This document shows, piece after piece, positions 18,517 through 27,950 of a stretch of 64,000 nt of DNA. Where the stretch lies: IMG/VR virus record IMGVR_UViG_3300031669_000001, positions 62,001 through 126,000 of that record; one strand, 5' to 3'. Made by a program: the position numbers and the translations under genes. Every line of letters starts with the position of its first letter. Positions within the stretch are counted from its first letter, which is position 1. The notes below the pieces were generated by a model. The model made no database searches. It was not told the DNA's origin and saw only the letters and a program-made list of their open reading frames with translations.

Positions 18517-18773
18517 TTAAAGAAGCCAAATAAAAGTTCAGTAAACCAATTGTGTTTGATAAGTTCGTAGCCTTTAATTGAGCATGAAGTACAGGGCTGC
18601 ATGATGCCAATATCTAGATCGAGAACAGCATGATTTGAGCGACATATTGGGCAGCTGTAGTCATGAGTAGCACACAATCCACTATCGTGTATGTAAACGT
18701 CAACATCTTTAACTTGAAGATCAAAAGGATATTCCCTTAGACCCTCGCCGTTGCAGTGATAAGTGTTTTGCAT
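18513..18773 (-). CDS. Small zinc-binding hypothetical protein
   Basis: CPIC...CTSC. Confidence 0.5.
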   Translation of the reverse strand: MQNTYHCNGEGLREYPFDLQVKDVDVYIHDSGLCATHDYSCPICRSNHAVLDLDIGIMQPCTSCSIKGYELIKHNWFTELLFGFFK

Positions 18774-18774
18774 G

Positions 18775-19308
18775 TTATACCTTCAACTCAAGCTTGATAT
18801 ATTCTTGAAGGAAGAATAACTTAGCTTCTGCGGAGTTCATAGGTTCTACTGGAAATGGTGCTAATTCAAAAGTCTTAAGAAATGCCCACTTATCTTCATC
18901 AAGTGGTGAATTGATAAGTGCCAATCTTTCTGTAGCCAACATTCTTAAGTCTGCAACCTTCACTTCAGGCGGCTCTACATCAGGAAGTCCGAATCTTTCA
19001 TTGACGGCTTTTGTAACTTTTGCTTCAATTGTCCTATAATCAGGAAGCATTCTCTTCAGAGGAGAAGAAACGTCACCGATGAAAGCTTCAGGCGCATCGT
19101 GTAACAGTCCATAGAGTCTATTCTCTGGAGAGCAGAGACGTGAAACATAAACACTGTGTTGAGCAACAGAATAAAATCTGTTACAATGGCCGGTGAATCG
19201 ACAAATGTGTGATAGAGCGTGAGCTACATCTACAATCGTAAATTCACTCAGATGTGGGTTTTCAAGGTCAAAGATCTCACCGGAGTAAATTGCAATCGAA
19301 TTAGCCAT
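18775..19308 (-). CDS. HD-domain phosphohydrolase (YfbR/YfdR-like)
   Basis: AHALSHICRFTGH..FYSVAQHS, LLHDAPEAFIGD, KVAD. Confidence 0.85.
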   Translation of the reverse strand: MANSIAIYSGEIFDLENPHLSEFTIVDVAHALSHICRFTGHCNRFYSVAQHSVYVSRLCSPENRLYGLLHDAPEAFIGDVSSPLKRMLPDYRTIEAKVTKAVNERFGLPDVEPPEVKVADLRMLATERLALINSPLDEDKWAFLKTFELAPFPVEPMNSAEAKLFFLQEYIKLELKV

Positions 19309-19462
19309 CCACACTCTCCTGTATGATTTTCTTTATTTTGTTTTGGAACCGGATCTTGCCTTGATCTGACATGCAATCAAATGCAGCACCGAGTAGGGTA
19401 GACTTGTCTATTTCTTCAACGATCTTAACAACCGCGGTCTTTAGAGCATCTTCTTCTATCAT
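19301..19462 (-). CDS. Small hypothetical protein (53 aa, not in ORF track)
   Basis: MIEEDALKTAVVKIVEEIDK...; AGAGG SD; overlaps HD gene start. Confidence 0.5.
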   Translation of the reverse strand: MIEEDALKTAVVKIVEEIDKSTLLGAAFDCMSDQGKIRFQNKIKKIIQESVDG

Positions 19463-19486
19463 ATAATGTAACCTCTTTGTTGTATA

Positions 19487-20029
19487 TTATTCCCGCGGAT
19501 CTTCAGGGTACTCGTAATCAGTAGCTCTAACGAGTTGAAACAGTTCAATTTTTTCAATTTGTTCCAAATATCTGATCCCCTTGCGATGCTTCTTCGCATA
19601 TTCGATCTCTGATCTGGTGCTACTTCCTATGTACTTACCAACATTCAAGACAAAAATTTCATCTGCAAGGTCAATCTTTCGCTTGTGAAGTTCATCAAGC
19701 TCCTCCTTCTGTTCTGGTGTGATCCCAATATGTTCACCATGAGCTTCGCCAGAGTGCATGAAGAATCCAACTGAAAGGATGATGTTACCTTTCATAGTCT
19801 CCTTGTAATTTTGTTCTACGAACTCCTTGTGGAATCTAGTTGAACCACAGAGACAAACAATCTTTGGAAGTTCTTTCTTTTCTTTAGAGTACGAAATCTC
19901 CTCGGTAGAGATCGTTAATAGGTTTTCTGGAAAGACATAAAACGGTTCTTTTCGTTTGCCTATAAAAACTTGAACATAACCATTGGAATCTAAATCGGTT
20001 GGCTTTAATTTCATTTTGATATTTGACAT
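19487..20029 (-). CDS. Nucleoside-deoxyribosyltransferase-like (DUF4406-type) protein
   Basis: VCLCGSTRF, KIDLADEIFVLN..YIGSSTRSEIEYA. Confidence 0.6.
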   Translation of the reverse strand: MSNIKMKLKPTDLDSNGYVQVFIGKRKEPFYVFPENLLTISTEEISYSKEKKELPKIVCLCGSTRFHKEFVEQNYKETMKGNIILSVGFFMHSGEAHGEHIGITPEQKEELDELHKRKIDLADEIFVLNVGKYIGSSTRSEIEYAKKHRKGIRYLEQIEKIELFQLVRATDYEYPEDPRE

Positions 20030-20038
20030 GTGAATTCC

Positions 20039-20503
20039 TTACAGTACTGTATTTTCTAATTGAGATATTCTCAGCTTGACGATGTGGCCTAGAGACCAGC
20101 CCATCGACTTCAAAGCCTCGACGATTGATTCTAGCCTGCGCTTCGTGTGTACAACTTCAAGGAGGATTTCCATAGCTTGAACGTATTGTGGTTCGCTTTT
20201 AACGTAGACTTGAACTTCTCTGGTGCCAAGGGCCTTCTTATTTGATTCATTGATGTTTCTGTAGAGAGTAGCTTCTACCTCTTCAACCTTCTCTCTGATA
20301 GTCTCTTCGATAGTCTTGCACTCTTGAAGCATCATGTCGTAGAACATCAGATCTTTAGCGTGATTCTTGCAGGCATCTTCTAAGTTCCTACCTTCAAGAG
20401 TAAAACAAGCTTCAGCGGCATCGATAAGCTGTTCATACAGCTCGATCCTGCCTGGAATCTTGTTGAGGTTTACATCCCTCTTTGTATCAGAGACTATAGA
20501 CAT
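20039..20503 (-). CDS. uvsY: UvsY-like recombination mediator
   Basis: ALGTREVQVYVKSE, ALKSMGWSLGHIVKLR C-terminus; located near uvsX and uvsW. Confidence 0.7.
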   Translation of the reverse strand: MSIVSDTKRDVNLNKIPGRIELYEQLIDAAEACFTLEGRNLEDACKNHAKDLMFYDMMLQECKTIEETIREKVEEVEATLYRNINESNKKALGTREVQVYVKSEPQYVQAMEILLEVVHTKRRLESIVEALKSMGWSLGHIVKLRISQLENTVL

Positions 20504-20649
20504 TATTCAAACCACCAAAATATTGTGTAAAGAATTTTTGCTGACGGATAAATCACCCATCGTCTTTGAAAAGAATCGTTCTTTGAATTGCCGCTAAGTA
20601 CTATCAACTGAACACGATCAAAGACTCGATCAAAGAATTTTCTTATCAT
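20503..20649 (-). CDS. Possible small ORF (48 aa, not in ORF track)
   Basis: MIRKFFDRVFDRVQ...FWWFE; TAATG-coupled to uvsY. Confidence 0.35.
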   Translation of the reverse strand: MIRKFFDRVFDRVQLIVLSGNSKNDSFQRRWVIYPSAKILYTIFWWFE

Positions 20650-20935
20650 AGATTGGGCTTCCAGTAGGAATAATACATTCAAAGTCTACCTCAGCGATTT
20701 CTTTTTCAAAGCCTTCTGCAGTACACCATTGAATAAAATCAGCTACAAATTTTTTAAAATCTTCAGGTTCAGGTGTCGGACAAACTAACACTCCAGGTTC
20801 TTCAATTTCAGGTACGTCTATTTCAAGAGAGTACTGATGCATGTCAGAGACTGTGAGAATAGGCTCCTGTCTCTCAATGCTAGTATGAGAGACAGGAATT
20901 ATTTCACTTTTCTGTGGATCAAGCAGCTTCTTCAT
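20630..20935 (-). CDS. Hypothetical protein
   Basis: ORF in operon. Confidence 0.5.
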   Translation of the reverse strand: MKKLLDPQKSEIIPVSHTSIERQEPILTVSDMHQYSLEIDVPEIEEPGVLVCPTPEPEDFKKFVADFIQWCTAEGFEKEIAEVDFECIIPTGSPIYDKKIL

Positions 20936-21242
20936 GACCGATGGTGCAAAGAACTTCGGACACTGGAACTACAAGGAATGATTCGCCAGATTGACTAACG
21001 ACACGAGCTGCATTCTTAACGAATACAACATGATCACCAACAGTAATTGAAAGTGGCACGATGTCACCTTTCTTGTTTGGTTTACCAGGTCCAACAGCAA
21101 CCACCATTCCTTCAATAGGTGCTGTATCATTTTTGTCGACCACATCTGGAATGTAGATACCAGACGCGGTGTTTTTTGACTTGACAATCGGATAGATCAT
21201 AACGAGATCATGGAGCAGTGTAAATTTTGCTTTTGGTTTCAT
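20919..21242 (-). CDS. groES: GroES-like co-chaperonin
   Basis: LHDLVMI, TASGIYIPD, GMVVAVGPG, VGDHVVF, EVLC. Confidence 0.88.
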   Translation of the reverse strand: MKPKAKFTLLHDLVMIYPIVKSKNTASGIYIPDVVDKNDTAPIEGMVVAVGPGKPNKKGDIVPLSITVGDHVVFVKNAARVVSQSGESFLVVPVSEVLCTIGHEEAA

Positions 21243-22369
21243 TTTATACTTTCTGTTGTGAGTATTTCACCAGTGTTGGTGTCGATAATTTCTGGATCTA
21301 CGTCAGGGGTGAACAGATCATTTGATTCAAATTCTTCAAATGCTTTTTCAAGTTCCTTAACCCTTGGGTTAGTTTTAAGAATCTGTAAAGCTAATTCATC
21401 TGTCAGCGTCGCGTCCTTGAATTTGACTTGAGTCATGACACCATCGATCTCGACGTCAGCTACATAACTGTAACCTTCTTTGGTAACGATTCCATCTGCT
21501 TCCCATATACCAACGTCCTTTCCATTAGAAAGTAAACCAGCTGTGGTGCTTAGACCTGTCGAGAATGGAATTTCAACCTCAATCTTAGTGCCAGGTTGGA
21601 CGAAGCGAGACTTATATGCTTCCATCCGCATTCTGATACCTTTGATCTCGGTACCTTCTTTCAACTTCAACTTTGTCAACAAGCCTATGCCTGAAGCGGA
21701 GTACTTTACCCCGTTAGTTACAGCCCAAGGTCCATCACCCAACATAACATCTTGCGGGTAAACCTGATCTGTAAAGACAAAAGCTGCATTGTAACGTGGA
21801 AGACGAGAGACGAGAGTACGAAGCATGTGCTTCTTGTTCTTCGCTGATTGACCTTGATCACCAGTTTGAACGCCTTTGTCGAACTTTTCATTTTCAGCGT
21901 CTGTCAAACAGTTACCAAGAGAGTCTAGAACGACCATGATCTTCGGTGCCGTCTTGCTAAATTTACCGTATTCTTTTTCGTAACCAGTGAATAGTTCAGA
22001 CAACACCTTGGTGACATCCTGAATTGTAACCACCTGTGCGTAGGTAAGCATATCATCGTTGATGTTGATGCCAGTGCGTGCCATGAACTTAGGATCCAAC
22101 GCGTTCTCTGAATCTAGAACAACAACAATTGAACCTTGACGTTGAGCTTCTCTGATGATGTTGCAAACTACAAACGATTTACCTGCAGCGCTTGGACCAA
22201 CGAATGCTGTAAGGCGGCCGTTAGGGATGGCTTTGAAGTAGGATCCAGATATAACCCTGTTTAACGCGTAGCAACCTGTTGAGTACCACATATCAGGCGG
22301 AGAAAAATCCGTTGATACGTTCTCAAGCTTTGCAATGTCTTTCCTAAATTTTTTTAAAAATGGTAGCAT
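21239..22369 (-). CDS. uvsX: UvsX/RecA recombinase
   Basis: STGCYALN, GPSAAGKS, LDSENA, VLDSLGN, GG-like VKYSAS. Confidence 0.9.
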   Translation of the reverse strand: MLPFLKKFRKDIAKLENVSTDFSPPDMWYSTGCYALNRVISGSYFKAIPNGRLTAFVGPSAAGKSFVVCNIIREAQRQGSIVVVLDSENALDPKFMARTGININDDMLTYAQVVTIQDVTKVLSELFTGYEKEYGKFSKTAPKIMVVLDSLGNCLTDAENEKFDKGVQTGDQGQSAKNKKHMLRTLVSRLPRYNAAFVFTDQVYPQDVMLGDGPWAVTNGVKYSASGIGLLTKLKLKEGTEIKGIRMRMEAYKSRFVQPGTKIEVEIPFSTGLSTTAGLLSNGKDVGIWEADGIVTKEGYSYVADVEIDGVMTQVKFKDATLTDELALQILKTNPRVKELEKAFEEFESNDLFTPDVDPEIIDTNTGEILTTESIK

Positions 22370-22385
22370 GAGTATGCTTCTCCTA

Positions 22386-22418
22386 AAGAAAATGAGGGAG
22401 CGAAGTTAATCGCTCCCT
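22386..22418 (-). terminator. Rho-independent terminator after gp32
   Basis: AGGGAGCGA/TCGCTCCCT stem followed by a T-rich tract on the minus strand. Confidence 0.7.
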
Positions 22419-22427
22419 GCTAACTAC

Positions 22428-23336
22428 TTATCCCTGACGAGCTTTGAGCTTTGCCAGAATTTCCTGTGGAGAAAGCTTTGCAGGAGCTGCAGCAGGTGGA
22501 GTTACAGATGCTGGAGTTGATGCTGCGACCTGTTGAACAACAGCTTCAGCTGACTGAACTGGCTTTGCAGTTGCAATCGCTGCATCTACCGCTGGGCTGC
22601 CAGTAGAATCTGAAGCAGCTTGTTCCTTTTCGGCTTCATAGGAACGGCCGGTCAGGAAAGCTTCGATCATCGCTTCCATCTGTTCACGCTCGATGTGACC
22701 GTAACGGAAGTTCTTGAGGTCGTACATTTCAAGATTTGCCAGGAACTGTTCTGGGATCGGAGTAGACTTACGAGCGAAGTCGGAAGTTGTGTAATCAGCG
22801 TACTCACCTTGATGAGTTTTGTTGATGCGGAAGTTGTAACCATTGACCATGTCGTAAGGCATTTCTTCGAGATCGCCTTTGACGATCTTAGCTTCGATTA
22901 CCTTGTACAGCTTTGGTCCGAGAGACAACATACGGACTGGATTGTCTTCAGCTGCGATTGGGTATTCGAACGGTGTGGAGATGATCAGGCCTTGAACGAT
23001 GTAATCGATCTTGCGCCAGAAGGATTTGCCCATCTTTTCATCGCCAGAGTCGTAGTACTTCTGTGAATTTTCGCAGCACGCACAGGACTCACCGTACATC
23101 TTGGCACAAGCGATGCGCTTCTTCTTACCGTTGATCAATAGTTCGTGGTATTTGTTTTCGACGATGAAGCCGAGAGGATTCTCTTCATCAAGGTCTGGGA
23201 GGAAACGGAATTCGACAGTTTCTTCGAAACCCATTTTGTAGAAAGGATAAAATTTATCCCAAAAGCCGGTGTTTTCACCACCTTCTGATTCTTTTTTCTT
23301 GAATGCATTGCGTAGCGCGATAATATCTAGTGCCAT
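22428..23336 (-). CDS. gp32: gp32-like single-stranded DNA-binding protein
   Basis: RFLPD, C..YGESCACC zinc site, GPKLYKVI, GYNFRINK..GEYADY..SDF, Ala-rich tail. Confidence 0.8.
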   Translation of the reverse strand: MALDIIALRNAFKKKESEGGENTGFWDKFYPFYKMGFEETVEFRFLPDLDEENPLGFIVENKYHELLINGKKKRIACAKMYGESCACCENSQKYYDSGDEKMGKSFWRKIDYIVQGLIISTPFEYPIAAEDNPVRMLSLGPKLYKVIEAKIVKGDLEEMPYDMVNGYNFRINKTHQGEYADYTTSDFARKSTPIPEQFLANLEMYDLKNFRYGHIEREQMEAMIEAFLTGRSYEAEKEQAASDSTGSPAVDAAIATAKPVQSAEAVVQQVAASTPASVTPPAAAPAKLSPQEILAKLKARQG

Positions 23337-23414
23337 GATTATTTCCTTATCAAAATTATTAGTTGTTTACTGTACTACTCGATTATGAAGTGACATCATT
23401 TGATGTTCACTGAT

Positions 23415-23450
23415 TATTTATACTATAACTCAAAAAAGCGCTATTGAACA
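23415..23450 (-). promoter_or_regulatory. Overlapping sigma70-type (TGTTCA-17-TATAGT) and late (TATAAATA) promoters for gp32
   Basis: Both motifs read in the intergenic gap. Confidence 0.6.
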
Positions 23451-23689
23451 TTTACCCCAAGAGACTCTTTCAATCGTTCTATCACTTCATTTATACCTGC
23501 GTCCTCAATCTCCTCGTAGGTAATTAGCCTCAAAGGTTCCGAATCACTATCTTCTTTTCCAAACATAGCAACTACACAAATGCTAGACCAAAGCTTAAAT
23601 CTGTAGCCTCCATCCTCAAATTCTTTATTCGCAGCGTCGATAAAATTCTTGACGATAGGCGGTGGCAAGTAGATGCCGTATCCCTTCAT
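23441..23689 (-). CDS. Hypothetical protein
   Basis: ATGA-coupled ORF. Confidence 0.5.
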   Translation of the reverse strand: MKGYGIYLPPPIVKNFIDAANKEFEDGGYRFKLWSSICVVAMFGKEDSDSEPLRLITYEEIEDAGINEVIERLKESLGVNVQ

Positions 23690-24126
23690 TTCACCATACC
23701 CTCGTCGATATAAGAAAAAACATGTTTCTGGCGACCGCCGTTGATGTAAATGAACTCCATGCTTTCTACTGGTCTAACAGCAATGTCTACACAAAGAGAA
23801 TCGCTATCTTGAGGATTATTTGAGCTGTCACAGACCACAACATAATCCTGAACATGTGAATTTTCTAGGGCGTGTTCTATTTGAACTGCAATGCTGTTGC
23901 GGGTTTGATCATCATTAGGTTCGAACATATGACATGTCAATGCGCTTTCAACAGCATCCTGAATCCATTTAAGAAGCATTTTAACGCTAACACTATCAAG
24001 CGCACTTTTCTTTTGAGCTGCTAAAAGATTTGCAGCTTTAGCTTCAAGATCTAAGTTTGAATTATGTCTTGGACTAGTAGTTACTACCGTCCTTACAATC
24101 TTAGGAGATGTTTTAGTCTTTAACAT
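23686..24126 (-). CDS. Stand-alone tail-sheath C-terminal-domain paralog
   Basis: FEPNDDQTRNSI..DYVVVCDSSNN..CVDIAVRPVESMEFIYI versus gp18 FELNDRITQDSI..DYVVICDSSNN..WVDIAVQPTKSVEFIYI. Confidence 0.75.
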   Translation of the reverse strand: MLKTKTSPKIVRTVVTTSPRHNSNLDLEAKAANLLAAQKKSALDSVSVKMLLKWIQDAVESALTCHMFEPNDDQTRNSIAVQIEHALENSHVQDYVVVCDSSNNPQDSDSLCVDIAVRPVESMEFIYINGGRQKHVFSYIDEGMVK

Positions 24127-24141
24127 GGATCGTAAGCTCCT

Positions 24142-24723
24142 TCATATGTTCTCGGGAATATAAGGGCAACAGATTCCGCCTGCATATCTTCTAGTTTCGA
24201 CATCATAAAGATGGGCACAGCCTGGCTTGTACCAAATGCTCAACGTTTTACCATCTTCAGATAAAGTTTGTTGTGGGTACGCCACCAATTCCTTCAGCGT
24301 TGCAATGAGAGCGTAAGGAAGTTTGCTCTTGAACCTTTTCCAGTATTGTGGATGGTAGAACGGTTTGAAGTTGTAAATCTCCTGCTTCTGTAACTCGTTC
24401 TGAGCGATACCACCGAGAGCCACGATCGCGATGGGTTTCATCGTCTCAACTACATATTTCAGATTTGCAGCAGTGTTATCGTTGTTGAGAGCGTTAACCC
24501 AAAAGAGCTTCTCCTCTGGAATGTTCTCATCATCAAGCTGTTTGTTTAGCCATCCTGTACAACCTTTTGTAGTGCAGAACGGTCGTTGCTTCACGGAGGC
24601 TGTAGGATCTGAATCCTGTTCGCCTACGATCATAACGTTTCCAGTTATGAAAGCGCCTGCACCAAACGGTGCATGGGTTTCTTCTGTAAGGTCTATTCGC
24701 CTTTGAACTCTGTCTTCACTCAT
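24142..24723 (-). CDS. Uracil-DNA-glycosylase-superfamily (family 4-like) protein
   Basis: VMIVGEQ, RPF, G.WLNKQL, FWVNA, IVALGGIA, YHPQY. Confidence 0.65.
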   Translation of the reverse strand: MSEDRVQRRIDLTEETHAPFGAGAFITGNVMIVGEQDSDPTASVKQRPFCTTKGCTGWLNKQLDDENIPEEKLFWVNALNNDNTAANLKYVVETMKPIAIVALGGIAQNELQKQEIYNFKPFYHPQYWKRFKSKLPYALIATLKELVAYPQQTLSEDGKTLSIWYKPGCAHLYDVETRRYAGGICCPYIPENI

Positions 24724-24729
24724 ACAGTC

Positions 24730-24758
24730 ATTGTAACACTGACGTCTTCAGAAGAACA
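24730..24758 (-). promoter_or_regulatory. Early promoter TGTTCT-17-TACAAT with GTGT extended -10
   Basis: Between the terL stop and the UDG-like start. Confidence 0.65.
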
Positions 24759-24764
24759 TTATCC

Positions 24765-26297
24765 CTAGCTGAAGAAGAATGGAATTGGATCTTCAAACGC
24801 ATTAGTAGTCTCGTCATAAAATTCTGTCTCTGACTTGTAAAGTGTATCGAACACCTCAGGTTCATAATCAGATAGTTGCTTCAGCATTCTCATGATAATC
24901 AACATCGCAGACACCAAGTCATCAGTGGCTCCACTTTTCGCAGCATAAGATGCACCCATTTGGATGTAATTTTTCAGCTCAAAGATCAAAAGCTTTGACT
25001 TGATCTTCAAGTTTCCATTTTTCTTCTCTACAAGATTTTTAAGGTGACGGCAAGCTTCGAGCTTAGGCTTGTTCACAGTTCTAAACCCGGCGCGAGCGCC
25101 TTTGTCACTCAAAATCTGAGCCGCTTCTGGAAACTTCTCATCATTGTAATAGAGAGTTCCAATAGCTGCACCAGCAGAGTTATTTTCGAATGACCAGTAA
25201 AGAGTTGGCGGCTTGTTTGTTCTTGGATCCTTGTAGGATAAGATCTTCTGAATGATGAACTTCAACGCATCGTAGAGTTGGGATTCATTGATGCCGTTGT
25301 TTCTAAACTCAGCGACCTGTTCCATAGTTTCAAGCTCTACAACCTGAATCGTCGAGAAGTCTTGATGCACACCCTCAGCAACGTCGGCGCCGATCAGATA
25401 AGTTTTACCTGGATCAGGATCCTTCCAAAATACAAACCCCTTATCGATGTAGATAGGTTCAATCTCTCTAAGTCCTTGAAGAGTTAGTGATTTGATTAGG
25501 AGTGGATCATCTGAAAGGAATTCTGCAAGGTACTCTTGCCTAAACTTCAAATCACCAACCTTCGATCGCATCTCAGCCTGCCACTTTTCATCCCTCTCTG
25601 GAATTTCCTCTATGGGAACAAACACAGGTGCGAAGCCGTTGGTACCTGCCTCTGCACCACGCCAAAGATCTGCAAAAAGCTCATTGTCACCGTTAGGAGT
25701 GGACATGATGATACATGAACCACCCGTTGACAGCGTAGGTAGGATGGAAGCCCACATCAATTCTTGAATGTTTCTTCTAACGTGTGCCAACTCATCGGAG
25801 ATAAACAGAGCCACAGATCTACCACGACCTGTATCTGCGGTGGTAGCTTCAGACCAGAGGTTTGAACCGTTATCAAATTCTATCGATCCACGATTATAGA
25901 ATAGAACGCCTGGACGAAGGAAGTTAGGGGTACTCTCATACATGAACTTGATTCTGTTCATGATGTCGGTGGATCCCTTTTGTTTGTTAGAAGCGATCAA
26001 CACGTTCTTGTCAGGGTGGAAGCAGGCAAACCAGTACGCGTAAGCTGCTGTAGTTTCAGTCTTACCACACTGTCTACCAATTCGAAGAATGTTGAATCGA
26101 TTGTGCTGAAGAGACCTTACGATCTTGACTTGATAGGGACGAAGCGTAAACTTAACCTTACCAAGAGATTGATTCTGGATGTAACAATAATTGCTAATGA
26201 AGTAAACTGGATCTTTAGCGCACTTCTTTAGCTCTCTTAGTTGAGCCTCGGAGAACTCAGTCTCCGAGTGTGGAGCTTTAATAAAGTCGTTTGCCAT
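24765..26297 (-). CDS. terL: Terminase large subunit (T4 gp17-like)
   Basis: DPVYFI.NY, LRPYQ, GRQCGKT, GRGRS..ISDELAHV, STPNG, GADVAEG..DFS, DDLVSA. Confidence 0.95.
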   Translation of the reverse strand: MANDFIKAPHSETEFSEAQLRELKKCAKDPVYFISNYCYIQNQSLGKVKFTLRPYQVKIVRSLQHNRFNILRIGRQCGKTETTAAYAYWFACFHPDKNVLIASNKQKGSTDIMNRIKFMYESTPNFLRPGVLFYNRGSIEFDNGSNLWSEATTADTGRGRSVALFISDELAHVRRNIQELMWASILPTLSTGGSCIIMSTPNGDNELFADLWRGAEAGTNGFAPVFVPIEEIPERDEKWQAEMRSKVGDLKFRQEYLAEFLSDDPLLIKSLTLQGLREIEPIYIDKGFVFWKDPDPGKTYLIGADVAEGVHQDFSTIQVVELETMEQVAEFRNNGINESQLYDALKFIIQKILSYKDPRTNKPPTLYWSFENNSAGAAIGTLYYNDEKFPEAAQILSDKGARAGFRTVNKPKLEACRHLKNLVEKKNGNLKIKSKLLIFELKNYIQMGASYAAKSGATDDLVSAMLIIMRMLKQLSDYEPEVFDTLYKSETEFYDETTNAFEDPIPFFFS

Positions 26298-26298
26298 C

Positions 26299-26898
26299 TT
26301 AACCTCCTAGGCTAACGATCAGCTTTCCATTTGTGTGATAGATACATGGCAACATCGCTGCCATCATGTCGTTATTTAGATCTTCCATCGTGTGAACGTT
26401 GAACAGATCGATGAATGTGTTGTCAAGTGTAAGGCCCCTGAACGCGCAAGAATTATCACTCTTGTTATCTACGCGAAAATAGATTCGACTTCCATTGATC
26501 AATTCAATGATGTTACGATTTCGAACTTTGATAAGCTCGGGAAGACTGAAGACCTCGCAGAACGTTGTGAGGTAATCTAGGAATTTGCGTTGATGATACT
26601 TTATCATCTGCTCGTTTGACGCCATCACCAATGAAGAAGAATCGCTCTTGAACAGCGCAGTAGCAAGTACCATGCCAATTCCTATCGATGTTCTACCTGA
26701 ACATCTTTCTCCGTTGAGGTGGACTACGTGACCTTCTGGAGATGTGAATTCTTCGATCCACCTAACCTGATCAGCTGAAAGTTTTATCTCTTCCATCTTG
26801 AAGTTAGTTTCTTCTAGCATGCCTTGAAGAACTATTTGTTCTACCATCTTAGGGATGGTGCTTGGTGTTTCAAAAATCTTTTTTGTTATCTTTATCAT
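26299..26898 (-). CDS. Degenerate terminase ATPase-domain paralog
   Basis: GERCSGRT, LVMASNEQ, NRNIIELINGS, FRGLTLDNTFIDL align to the TerL N-domain with Walker A K to R and Walker B E to L. Confidence 0.7.
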   Translation of the reverse strand: MIKITKKIFETPSTIPKMVEQIVLQGMLEETNFKMEEIKLSADQVRWIEEFTSPEGHVVHLNGERCSGRTSIGIGMVLATALFKSDSSSLVMASNEQMIKYHQRKFLDYLTTFCEVFSLPELIKVRNRNIIELINGSRIYFRVDNKSDNSCAFRGLTLDNTFIDLFNVHTMEDLNNDMMAAMLPCIYHTNGKLIVSLGG

Positions 26899-26913
26899 TT
26901 TATGCTTTCTATA

Positions 26914-27141
26914 TTATTGTTTAAGTAGTACATTTCCCTTCTCTGTCGCTTCATATCGAGTTACATCTGGGTCTCGAATCTGTCTCAACAATCCCATCTT
27001 CATCAGACGCGTTATGTGCCTCATCTGTTCAGGGTTGGTGTGAGTGGTAGGATCTTCATGGATCCTACCTGCATTCTTTAGCAATTCAAACTCTTTGATA
27101 GTTAGAATCGGTTGAATGTTCTTTAGGTCTTTTAACTTCAT
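26914..27141 (-). CDS. Small hypothetical protein (possible winged helix)
   Basis: HITRLMKMGLL..YEATEKG. Confidence 0.5.
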   Translation of the reverse strand: MKLKDLKNIQPILTIKEFELLKNAGRIHEDPTTHTNPEQMRHITRLMKMGLLRQIRDPDVTRYEATEKGNVLLKQ

Positions 27142-27950
27142 AAGGATTTACAATTATCAAAATGCCAACGTTTCATCATAGGAATTCCACCTTCTTTCAT
27201 ACAATAGGGACATATAATCTTCGTTTGAGATTTACCTTTTTTAGCAATTGACATTTTATTTCTAGATTCCAATGATGGATTTTTATTTGCTTTGCTTATT
27301 TTTTCGCATGTTTCTTTGGATACAATGTGTCCCTTTAAAGATTCTGACATCTTATTACGGGTTTCTATAGAAGCTTTTTTCCCCTTGTTGATAATTGAAA
27401 GTTTTTCTTTATGTTCATTGGAAAGAGGTGGCTTTTTCTTTCCTAAAGTTGACGTAGAAATTTTTTGTTTTTGTTGTTCTGACATGGGTCCTCTTTTCTT
27501 CCCCCTTTTAGATAAAGAAATTTTTGCACGAGATTCTGGAGAAATAATTTTCCCTTTATTTCCTAAAGAAATTTTTTCCTTGTGTTCTTTTGAAAGTGAT
27601 TGCTTCTTCTTTCCCAAATTAGAAATTGAGATCTTTTTACAGTGTTCTGCAGTATGTTTTATGCCTTTAACACCACCAGATAATCCATTTTCTGGTATAA
27701 AATTTAACCATCTATCAGACTTTGTGATATTTTGCTGCTCAGAGAATAGCAGAGCTACTCTAGTACATTCAGACTGATCCGTGAATGGCTTATACCAAAG
27801 AGTTTCTACATGTTGTATCCCATGTTTCTTAATATGATTTATCCAATGTTTTCCAGATCCATTATATTTTAATGGATCGTTACACGTTTTACCAAAATAA
27901 CATTTCCCTGTTATCGAATGCCGCTTAATATAAAGATAGATTAGATTCAA
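27138..27950 (-). mobile_element. Free-standing GIY-YIG-like homing endonuclease with NUMOD3 repeats
   Basis: YLYIKRHSITGKCYFGKT..YNGSG; repeated S.EHKEKIS...KGK; C-terminal CPYC..MKRWHFDNCK; AT-rich. Confidence 0.8.

Noticed and set aside
6697-26297. Introns or inteins in nrdJ, uvsW, uvsX or terL
   Set aside because: Lengths and motif spacing are normal; no HINT or LAGLIDADG insertions seen.
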